Of a stretch of DNA of 64,000 bases, positions 50,243-61,344 are shown in pieces. The DNA is taken from assembly GCF_006345805.1 (NCBI RefSeq), contig NC_042998.1, positions 61,380,001-61,444,000 of the forward strand, given 5' to 3'. The stretch comes from Octopus sinensis. Lineage: Eukaryota. Made by a program: the position numbers and the translations under genes. Position 1 is the first letter of the stretch. Every line of letters begins with the position of its first letter. Below the pieces are notes generated by a model. It was not told the DNA's origin. It searched no databases and worked only from the letters and a program-made list of their open reading frames with translations.

Positions 50243-52784
50243 ATTTAATTTGTTATAATTGTGAAAAAAATTATTTTTCCATATACATATAAATATAAAA
50301 ATATAAAAATGTAAAATATAAAAACTTGTGCATAAACTCCATAATGCTACACATATATATAATACACATTGGTACAATAATGCAAGGTAAACAAAACAAA
50401 ATAAAACAAAATATATATCAGTGTATATATTAATATTAATAAGCACAGTTATTATACATATTTAGATAATAGTTCCAAAAACTAACACATAGGGAGATGT
50501 ATGCGCACTACCATTTAAATTAAAATCATCCCTATACCTGAAAATAATAATAAAAAAACCACAGTTCAGTTCATAAAATTATAAACCTATAAAAGTCAAT
50601 ATAAATTACTATTAATATTAATAATAATAATAATAATAGATACAGTTAAGTTAGCACCAAGTACATCCATTCAAAATCGAAATAACTATGAGTTTAGTTA
50701 TCCTGTCCGCTTGATATTGATTATTCGTGTGCTATTTTTTCCACCTTGTTTTGTATTTGTGTGCTTACCCTGGTATATATATATATATATATATATATAA
50801 CAAGAAATAGTATTTGTCTCTTTTTTTTAGAAACAAAAGGGCTTATAGGACTGCAAAAAAGAAGTGCTCAAATGTGAGACAAAAATAAATGAGGAAAGTA
50901 AAAAAACTTTAAAAAATATTTTTAATCGTTTGACAAAACTTTTTTAGTTGTTTGAAATTTTATTTTATCTTAGTTTTTTAGTTTCTTTTTTGGAGGGGGT
51001 AGTAAAGCACAGAACTGGCTGTGTCGTAAGTAGTTTGCTTACCAACTACATGGTTCCAGGTTCAATCCAACTGCATGGCACCTTGGGTAAGTGTCTTCTA
51101 CTATAGCCTCGGGCCGACCAAAGCCTTGTGAGTGGATTTGGTAGATGGAAACTGAAAGAAGCCCGTCATATATATGTATATGAATATTTATGTGTATGTG
51201 TTTGTGTGTCTGTATTTGTTCCCCCAACATTGCTTGACAACCGATGCTGATGTGTTTATGTCCCCGTAACTTAGCGGTTTGGCAAAAGAGAACGCTAAAA
51301 TAAGTACTAGGCTTACAAAGAATAAGTCCTGGGGTCGATTAGCTCGACTAAAGGCGGTGCCCCAGCATGGCCCAAGTCAAATGACTGAAACAAGTAAAAG
51401 AGTATGGCACACTTTAGAAATTTTATGATTTTTTAGTCGTTTATATTTACCTTTTATGACAGGCCGTTCTATTAGTATTTTATTTGCACATATATTTTAC
51501 CTTCTGTATTTTTATGCATATGTATTTTTTTAAAATCTTTCATGTGTTTAAGAACCATGGTGATATTTATATATGTTTAAATGCTTGAGGCATGGTGTTA
51601 TATAAAGTGGTTGACTCGAATTTAATGTTTGTTCTATAACCAATGTTTCTTTATATATATATATGTATGTATATATATATACATACATATATATATATAT
51701 GTGTGTGTGTATGTATTTATGTATTATGTAGTGTGTGACTGTTCTTCGCCCTAAATTATCCTTCATTTTTATGCGCTGATAATTTCTCCCTTTTCTCCAT
51801 GTTACTACGATAATTTGCCCAAACTTCGCCATCTTGAAGTCTGTTTCTTTAGTAAACTTCCGCCTTGTCCGCCCTTAAAACTCAAAATCCCCTTCCGGTC
51901 AATTTATACTTAAAAGGTCACCCCATGTGCTCTATTATTCATTCATCTAGCAGCGAGCGATGCCAGAGTATAGACAAGCTAAAATTTTCTTTTCACATCT
52001 TGACCGCCGTACTACATTCGCCTATAACACTAAAAAAAATGTATTATCTATTTACTAATACTAATACGCTTGTTTGTTTACTGGGCTAAACAGTTGACAT
52101 CGTCTTTCCTAAATATCCCCTTATTATTATGTGCTGATAATTTCTCCCCTTCTCCATATCACTTTGTCTGTTCTTCGCCCTAAATTATCCTTCATTTTTA
52201 TGCGCTGATAATTTCTCCAACTTCGCGCATTTGCATTTCGCGGTGCACCCGCCCTTGCCCACCCCCACCACCAATACCGGATATCTCTATTTTGCTCCAT
52301 CTATACCGGATATCTCTTCTCCCACCACCATTATGGGTGTCTACTCCTCGAACCCCCCTCTTCAATACACTATTTCACCATGTATTACCCCTCCTGATAT
52401 CCTACGTTCTACTTGCCTAGAACCTGTCATCGTTTCGCCGTACACCCCTCCCCACTGGTGCTCCCCTATATTACTGCACCGTCTCCCCTTCCCCCTCACT
52501 CTCTCTTCTCCCTGCTAGAACCCCCCACCCCCAGCCCATCTCTAGAATATCAATGTTTCTGCTACACTGCTTAAACCACGTCGCTTAATGACCATAATGC
52601 TTGCTTATAATACTACTAACACCTAGAATTTCAGTATTTCTACCACAGAGCTTACATCTACACCAATGACTTTAGTGCTTGTGCTTACAATGCTGCTAAC
52701 ACCTGACCCTGCCTACCGCAGGGGCCAGAACCTTAACATGCCTAAATGCTTGAATGTTGTCAGGTCAGAAGAGAGAGAGATCAG

Positions 52785-55700
52785 ATGAAAATGCCTAAAA
52801 ATCGATCACCGCCACCACAACAACCCTCTTCTTTTCAGGCGCCGAATTGCACCCCTCCCCCCACATCTCCTTCCCAGTTTTCAGAGTTGGCACTGTCAAT
52901 GTTGGTACACTGAAAGGTAGGTCTAGTGAGATTGTAGAGATGCTTGAGAGAAGACGGGTTGATGTATGCTGCATACAAGAGGTAAGGTGGAGAGGTGCTT
53001 CAGCCAGGGTCCTCACAGGCAAGGCACATAGGTATAAAGTCTTCTGGCAAGGTAACATGGATGGGGTAGGGGGTGTAGGCATTCTCCTTGCGGAGAAATG
53101 GGTGGATAAGGTCATAGAAGTTGTCAGGGTTTGCGACAGAGTGCTTAAGCTCAGGTTAGTCCTACAGAGTGGCACGGCTACGATTATCTCCGCCTATGCC
53201 CCACAAGCGGGCCTACCAAATGATCAGAAGGACCACTTTTATGATACCCTTCTACAGGCTATCTCAAAGACTAGTGGCAAGGACCTCATCTTTGTGGGTG
53301 GAGACTTTAATGGGCATGTTGGGCGGGAATCGGGTATCTTCACTGGGGTTCACGGTGGCCATGGTATTGGCTCCAGAAATGAGGAGGGAACTAGACTACT
53401 GGAATTCTGTGATGCATGTAACCTTTTAATCTGCAACACTAACTTCAGGAAGCCTGACTGCCACCTTATAACTTATCAGTCAGGGGACTCCGCTAGCCAA
53501 ATAGACTTCATCCTCACCAGACAGCGGGATGCAGGGTCGCTCTTAAATACAAAGACTCTCCCGGGTGAAGAGTGTATCCCTCAGCATAGGCTAATAATTA
53601 GTGACTTTAGGCTTGAGGCCAGAAGGACTCCAAGAAACAGACCAATCCAGAAAAGAAGGATTTGGAAGCTAAAGAACCCTTCACATGGTCAGAGATTTAG
53701 GGACATCCTCATCAAGAAATTTGATGAGAGGGAGGAGGAGCTACAGACGTCAGACATAGAAGGTAGCTGGAAATTCCTACGGGACAGCTTGCTGAGTGCC
53801 ACAGACCAAGTCTGTGGATGGTGCATAGTCCCTTCCAGACCTAGAGTTACGTGGAGGTGGAATAGTGCAGTAGACAAAGCCATTAGTTCTAAGAAACAGG
53901 CCTGGAGAGCCTGGAGGGATGGGGGTAGCAGGGAACCGTACCAAGTAGCCAAAAGGGAGGCCGGGCGGCAGGTATACATAGCCAAAGATATAGCAGAAAA
54001 GAAGAAGTTTGCCAATGTCCAGCGACGTGAGGACCAAAGAACTGAGGTATTTCGTATTGCTAGACAGTGTGTGAGAGAAAATAGTGATGTTACAGGAGTG
54101 AAATGTGTCCGCATGGATGATGGGGCACTTGCCTTTAATGTGGAGAATGAATGGGAGGAGGAGAGCCTGCCAAATGTTGACCCAGTAGAGGGACCAGCTA
54201 TCCGAATAGACGGCTCCCTAGTAGATACAGCAATTAAGGATATGAAACCGGGTAAAGTCCCCGGCCCATCAGGAATCACTGCTGAGATGCTTAAAACAGC
54301 TGGTTATGTGGGCTTTGGCCTAGTCACCCGTATTGTTAACCAGGTAGTTCACAATGGAGTCATACCCAATGACTAGCGTAGCAGCACCATAGTCAACTGC
54401 TACAAGGGTAAGAGTGATGCTCTAGATAGAAATAACTACAGGGGTATTAAACTGTTGGATCAGGTGATGAAGACCACAGAGAGGGTCATAACCCATCTCA
54501 TTAGGGAGAGAATTTGCTTAGATGAGATGCAGTTCGGTTTTGTGCCAGGTAGAAGCACCACTGATGCTATATTCCTGGTCCGACAACTTCAGGAGAAGTA
54601 CCTAGCTAAAGATAAACCCCTCTACATAGCTTTTGTGGACTTGGAGAAAGCCTTTGACAGGGTTCCCCGATCCCTTATCTGGTGGTCGATGCAGAAACTG
54701 TTGATTGACGAATGGCTAATAAGGGCTGTACAGGCTCTATACAGAGAGGCTGTCAGCAAGGTTAGGATTGGCAACGAATATAGTGAAGAATTCCGGGTAG
54801 AAGTAGGTGTACATCAGGGCTCAGCCCTCAGTCCCCTTTTATTCATCATAGTCCTCCAGGCAATAACAGAGGAATTCAAAACAAGTTGCCCCTGGGAGCT
54901 CCTCTGTTCTGATGACCTGGCCCTCATAGCAGAATCACTACCGGAACTAAAAAAGAAATTTCGGATGTGGAAACAAGGGTTAGAATCAAAGGGCCTTAGA
55001 GTAAATGTAGTGAAGACCAGTTATAGTATGCAGAAAGGCGAACTCAGCACCCCCCCCCCATCGGGCAGGTGGCCCTGCTCGATCTGTAGGAAAGGTGTAG
55101 GTAGAAACTCCATAAGATGCACCCAGTGTAAGCTATGGACGCATAAGAGGTGCAGCAACATCAAAGGGAAATTAACTGATAAGATAGCTTTCATGTGCGG
55201 CAAATGCACAGGGACAATAGACACCACAGACACTCAAAAAACAGATTCCATCACACTCCAGGGGGATAAACTAGAAGTAGTTGATAGTTTCCGCTACCTG
55301 GGTGACCAAGTTAGTAGTGGGGGTGGATGCTCAGAGAGTGTCACCACTAGAATACGAATAGCCTGGGCAAAGTTTAGAAAGCTCCTACCCCTACTGGCGA
55401 CAAAGGGTCTCTCACTCAGAGTGAAAGGTAGATTGTGTGATGCATGTGTGCTAACCTCCATGCTTCACGGCAGTGAAACATGGGCCGTGACTGCAGAGGA
55501 CATGCGTAGACTTGAAAGAAATGAAGCTAGCATGATCCGCTGGATGTGTAATGTCAGTGTGAATGCACGACAGAGTGTAAGCACCCTGAGAGAAATGCTA
55601 GGCATAAGAAGCATCAGATGCGGTGTGCAAGAGCGACGCTTGCGATGGTATGGTCATGTACTGCGGTTGGATGAGGAGAGATGTGTGAAGAAGTGCCACT

Positions 55701-57246
55701 CCCGAACAGTTGAAGGAATCAGGGGGAGAGGTAGACCCAGGAAGACATGGGATGAGGTAGTCAAGTATGACCTCAGAGCGTTGGGCCTCACTGAGGCAAT
55801 GGCGAAGGACTGAGACCTCTGGAGATGTGCTGTGACTACTAAGACCCGGGATGCTCCCGGCACCAGTTCCGCATACCCCTTGCCCATCCAAAGTACCTTG
55901 GATCCCGGAACATCTCACTGTGCTTGAGGAGACCTGTTGAGTCAAGTGCATATACATGAACATCGAACCAAATATCAATGGAAACAGTAGTTGTGATACC
56001 TGTGCCGGTGACACATAAAAAGCACCATCCGAACGTGGCCGTTGCCAGTGCAGTCTCCACTGGCTTCTGTGCCGGTGGCACATAAAAAGCACCATCCGAA
56101 CGTGACCGATGCCAACCACGCCTCGAATGGCTTCTGTGCCGGTGGCACATGAATATCGAACCAAATATCAATGGAAACAGTAGTTGTGATACCTGTGCCG
56201 GTGACACATAAAAAGCACCACCCGAACGTGGCCGTTGCCAGTGTAGCCTCCACTGGCTTCTGTGCCGGTGGCACATAAAAAGAACCATCCGAACGTGGCC
56301 GATGTCAACCCTGCCTCGAATGGCTTCTGTGCCAGTGGCACATGAACATCGAACCAAATATCAATGGAAACAGTAGCTGTGATACCTGTGCCGGTGACAC
56401 ATAAAAAGCACCATCCGAACGTGGACGTTGCTAGTGCAGCCTCCACTGGCTTCTGTGCTGGTGGCACATAAAAAGCACCATCCGAATGTGACCGATGCCA
56501 ACCCCACCTCGAATGGCTTCTGTGCAGGTGGCACATAAAAAGCAACATCCGAACGTGGCCGATGCCAGCACCGCCCCGACTGGCTTCTGTGCCGGTGGCA
56601 CATAAAAAGCAACATCCGAACGTGACTGATGCCAGCACCACCTTGTCTGGCTTCTGTGCCGGTGGCACATAAAAAGCACCAACCGATCGTGGGATCCCGG
56701 AACATCTCGCTGTGCTTGAGGAGACGTGTTGAGTCAAGTGCATGAACATCGAACTAAATATCAATGGAAACAGTAGTAGTTGTGATACCTGTGCCGGTGA
56801 CACATAAAAAGCACCATCCGAACGTGACCGATGCCAACCCCGCCTCGAATGGCTTCTGTGCCGGTGGCACATAAAAGCAACATCCGAACGTGGCCGATGC
56901 CAGCACCGCCCCGACTGGCTTCTGTGTTGGTGGCACATAAAAAGCACCATCCGAACGTGACCGATGCCAGCACCGCCTTGACTGGCTTCTGTGCCGGTAG
57001 CACAAAAAAAAAAAAAAAGCACCAACTGATCGTGGCCGATGCCAGACCCCTCTCGCACCTGTGCAGGTGGGACGTAAAAAGCACCCACTACACTCGCAGA
57101 ATGGTTGGCGTTAGGAAGGGCATCCAGCTGTAGAAACACTGCCAGATCAGACTGGAGCCTGGGGCAGCCCCTGGCTCCCCAGACCCCGGTTGAACCGTCC
57201 AACCCGTGCTAGCGCGGAAAACGGACGTTAAACAATGATGATGATG

Positions 57247-57248
<2 letters not shown>
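52785..57248 (+). mobile_element. Near full-length RTE-clade LINE (APE endonuclease - RT - PHD-like finger), inactivated
   Basis: ORF 52847-54376 has APE motifs (GTVNVGTL, QEVRW, SAYAPQ, GDFNGH, IDFIL); premature TAG at 54374-54376; in-frame ORF 54455-55813 has RT motifs (QFGF, FVDLEKAFDRV, GVHQGSALSPLLF, CSDDL); tandem-repeat 3' UTR and (ATG)n tail. Confidence 0.95.
55960..57075 (+). repeat. Higher-order tandem repeat in RTE 3' UTR (about 60-bp units within about 190-bp units)
   Basis: GCCGGTGGCACATAAAAAGCACCATCCGAACGTG recurs more than 10 times; AATATCAATGGAAACAGTAG recurs near 55971, 56164, 56357 and 56757. Confidence 0.9.
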
Positions 57249-57314
<66 letters not shown>

Positions 57315-57419
57315 CATACACATATATACGACGGGCTTCTTTCAGTTTCCGTCTACCAAATCCACTCACAAGGCTTTGGTCGGATTAGTAGATAGAAATT
57401 GAAAGAAACCTGTCGTGTG

Positions 57420-57465
<46 letters not shown>

Positions 57466-58189
57466 GTATGTGTGTGTGTATGTGTGTGTTTGCATGTCTG
57501 TGTTTGTCCCCCCAACATCGCTAGTGTGTTTACGTCCCTGAAACTTAGCGGTTCGGCAAAAGAGACCGATAGAATAAGTGCTAGGCTTACAAAGAATATG
57601 TCCTGGGGTCGATTTGCTCGACTAAAGGCGGTGCTCCAGCATGGCCAGTCAAATGACTGAAACAAGTAAGATATTGTGTATCTTAAAAATATACCTCATG
57701 TAACATTTATCTTTTTTAAAGAAATTGTGGGTGTTGGGCTCTTTTTTTATATACAGGTTACCTTAGCATAGAACAGTGGACCTTTTTGACTACTACGTCA
57801 CTCTGGTGGACACCCCCTAGCCATTTGATGTTTAAAAATTAGTTCTATAGATACTTCTTTCAAAATTCCCCTTTTCCATCCTCACATTCACTTGTGTAAG
57901 ATTGAATTATGAAAAACATTAAGAAATCTTGCTGTTTCTTGTGGGAAATACCTCTATAGCAAAGTTTTTCTCGTGGGCCCTTAAAATAAATCCTGTGGGT
58001 CCCCAGTTTACTATTTTGCTTGTGTGGATCCCCCAAAAAATCTTATAAGGCCCCCTGTTGAGAACCACTGCCACTTACTGCTACTCCTCTCCTTTTGCAC
58101 AAATTGCAGACACTACTCTGATATGCAAGCTGCTCTCCAAACCAGATGATTCTAGGTTCAATCTCCAATAACAAACTTTGTCTTTTGTG

Positions 58190-58512
58190 AGTGGCTGTGT
58201 GGTAAGTAGCTTGCTTACCAACCACATGGTTCCGGGTTCAGTCCCACTGCATGGCACCTTAGGCAAGTGTCTTCTACTATAGCCTTGGGCCAACCAAAGC
58301 CTTGTGAGTGGATTTGGTAGACGGAAACTGAAAAGAAGCCCGTCATATATATGTATATATATATGTGTGCGTGCGTGTATGTTTGTGTGTCTGTGTTTGT
58401 CCCCCTAGCATTGCTTGACAACCGATGGTGGTGTGTTTACGTCCCCGTCACTTAGCAGTTCAGCAAAAGAGACCAATAGAATAAGTACTGGGCTTACAAA
58501 GAATAAGTCCTG
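58190..58512 (+). mobile_element. Major tRNA/CORE-like SINE copy
   Basis: GGCTGTGTGGTAAGTAGC A-box and GGTTCAGTCC B-box-like head, CCTTAGGCAAGTGTCTTCT core. Confidence 0.85.
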
Positions 58513-58514
58513 GC

Positions 58515-58902
58515 AGTGAGTTGATGTCAGTATATAGTATTTACAAAAAGTTGATAATTACGCCAGGATTTTATTTTTGACTGTAAATGTTATATTATTC
58601 ATCTGATTTTAATGAAATTTGAAATTTTGGTAAATTTTGAGGTAAGGGAGATGGCAAAGGTTTTAACTTAATTCCAGAGGAATTGGAAGGCAACAAGCGT
58701 GAGTCAGCTTTTTTCAGAGACTATTCTATCGATTTTCAAGATATGTCACACGTGATTACAGTTGATGTCCATAAGTTGAATGCGGCATACATCTTAATGA
58801 GTACTATTTGGCAAGGGGAACATAGACGATTTCAATACAAGGTCAGAGGTAGGCTTAACTTCAACACGAAAAACATGAGCAACACCGGATCCAACTGCTA
58901 GT
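58515..58902 (+). mobile_element. Helitron-like 3' fragment
   Basis: Ends GAGCAACACCGGATCCAACTGCTAG-T, resembling the 3' end at 4022-4051. Confidence 0.5.
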
Positions 58903-58959
58903 ATAGATATATATATATATATTTTGTGTTTGTTTGTTTTTTTTTTATTTTTGGGATTA

Positions 58960-59010
<51 letters not shown>

Positions 59011-59110
59011 TCCCAAAAATAAAAAAAAGAACAAACACAAAAAACATAACAACACGAGTACGTAGTACAAGTGATGTATTAGCAGACGCTCAGGGAAGGA
59101 AAGAAAGATG

Positions 59111-59146
59111 GTTTAACGTTTCGAACAGACACTCTTCTTCAGAAAC
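59111..59146 (-). ncRNA. Minimal hammerhead ribozyme motif
   Basis: GUUU-CUGAAGA-A-GAG-UGUCUG-UUC-GAAA-CG-UU-AAAC; same family as 42395-42429. Confidence 0.65.
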
Positions 59147-59187
59147 AGAGTAAAGTCCAATAGAAGGGAAGACGGAAGAAAACGATT

Positions 59188-59225
<38 letters not shown>

Positions 59226-59499
59226 CACACACACAACTGCATGTATGCGTGTATATATGTGGTGCCAAGACGTCTTGCAATCATATATCAATAGTTTGTG
59301 AGATTAAATCTGATTCCTTGGCAAAGGTGATATTTTTATAGGTTCCCATGGAATTATTGACCCTTGCTTCACACATACTACTATCGTGCTTGCTAAAGTA
59401 TTGTTATGTCATATGTTTTATGTATAATTATCAAAAAATATTTTCTCATAAACATTAAAAAATCAGGCGTAATTACATCAAAGAATAAACGACACTTAC

Positions 59500-59683
59500 C
59501 ATAGAAACCTCTCTTGTTACACAACTTTCCAGTGCAACAATTTACACAAGAAGTTCCACTACTCCATGTCTTACAAGTAAGGGCATTTTTTCCCATAGCT
59601 TCAACACATTTTCTGTATGTGCTGCAGGATCTTTCTAACTTCCATGTCACACCAGTTATTGAAATTGTATTCTGACATACAGG
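59500..59683 (-). CDS. Adhesion GPCR exon B: C-terminal half of Ly6/uPAR domain
   Basis: ttattacAG / GTaagt, 184 nt, phase 0-1; PVCQNTISITGVTWKLERSCSTYRKCVEAMGKNALTCKTWSSGTSCVNCCTGKLCNKRGFY-G with the CCxxxxCN LU signature. Confidence 0.88.
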
Positions 59684-61272
59684 CTGTAATAATAAATATA
59701 AAAGTTATATACTGCTACTGCTGCTGCTTCTGTTGTTGTTGCTGCTGTTGCTGCTGCTACTACTACTACTACTACTACTACAACTACTACTACTACTACT
59801 ACAACAACAACTACTACTACTACTAACAATGATTATAAAAATATTGTTTGTTTTATCATCCACAAAGGCACTAAAGGGCATAAAAACATGAAACTTCCAG
59901 AAGTTACAAAGAAAGAAAGTATAACGTTTGCATATACAAAGAGAAGGACGTTATATGATACAGGGAAAGAAGTATTAGGAATTTTAAAGGTACACACATG
60001 CACACACACATACAAGCATATACATAGATACACACATATATATATATAGATATACACACACACAGACATATATATATAATATATCATCATCATCATAGCT
60101 TAACGTCTGTTTTCCATGCTGGCATGGGCTGGACGGTTTCACTGAGGGCTGGCAAGCCAGGAGGCTGCACCAGGCTCCAATCTTATCTGGCAATGTTTCT
60201 ACAGCTGGATGCCCTTCCTAATGCCAACCACTCCGAGAGTGTAGTAGGTGCTTTTTACGTGCCACTGATCCCAGGGGCCAGTCAGGGGATACTGGCATCG
60301 GCTGTATATATACACACACACACACACACATATGTATGGCTTAGTGGTTACGGTGTTGCACTCATGATTGCGAGATTGTGGTTTCAATTCCCATGCCAGG
60401 CATTGCATTGTATTCTTGAGCAAAGCACTTCATTTTACACTGCTCTGCAATCATTTCATCATCTGACATGTAGCACATGGTGCACATGTACAGGTAATGT
60501 CGATATGATGGAGGGAATGAGCTTATGTGAACGCAGACGTTTGATCACTATAAACAATCATCAGTGTTGTTGTTTGGTAAGAATTTGCCGGACTCTCATA
60601 CATCGTCTAACGACAAAAGAGTCCGTAACAAACATATTTATATATACATAACAAACAAATTAGCTGGTTAGAAAATCTCTATAACAGATAAAAGCATTAG
60701 CAATACTGAGAAGTAATGTTTATCTGTTCGCCACTTAAACATGGCTCTTCCATAGAGACCAGCATTACTGCTATTTTTAACCCCAGGAGGACGCCTCTTC
60801 CAGCTGGTTATTCAATACAATCTACACCCAATATATACGATGTATAATCCAAACAGGTGAGAGAACTCCCACGTTTTTCTAGCCATGAGGCCACTTGACT
60901 ATACAGTTTCTTTGTGGTCATACACGTTGGTGGATAATCGTGCACTAGAAATAGCAGGAGTTCACTCCAGCTAGCAATACATTGAAAACAAAGTTACACA
61001 TGGTCACTGATCTTGCAACGAGCAAACTAGTTCATTTCCTTATTGCAAGATCAGTGATTATGTGTCGTTTGTTTTTCTATGACTCTTGTGAGGGATATCT
61101 TCTTTCTATAAGATGAATTTAGATGATTTACGACTCAAATAATTGTGATGAAAATATTTCAGAGGAAGATATCATAACATCAACTCATAAGACAATATTT
61201 ACACAGTTTTCAGATATTTATATTTTAGTGACATATTATAACACAAAAGTAAAAAATAACATCTTAATTTAC

Positions 61273-61344
61273 CTCGGCACCTGGACAAATTGTCACATCA
61301 GAATCAGTGCACTTGTTTGTTGAACACGTTTGACATTGCAAATT
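61273..61344 (-). CDS. Adhesion GPCR exon A: N-terminal half of Ly6/uPAR (three-finger) domain
   Basis: tttcaacAG acceptor, GTaaat donor, 72 nt, phase 0-0; translates NLQCQTCSTNKCTDSDVTICPGAE (LxCxxC start typical of LU domains). Confidence 0.85.

Noticed and set aside
52700-52770. HDV-like ribozyme in the RTE 5' UTR
   Set aside because: Hairpins are present (CCCTGC/GCAGGG, CTGACC/GGTCAG) but I could not assign the nested double pseudoknot
55960-57075. Repeat-spacer-like array resembling CRISPR (also 10995-11412 and 4570-4830)
   Set aside because: Eukaryotic context, no cas genes, inter-repeat segments are related to each other, and the array is part of a LINE 3' UTR
58190-58262. tRNA gene-like sequences
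   Set aside because: A/B-box heads of SINEs continuing into SINE bodies; no complete cloverleaf
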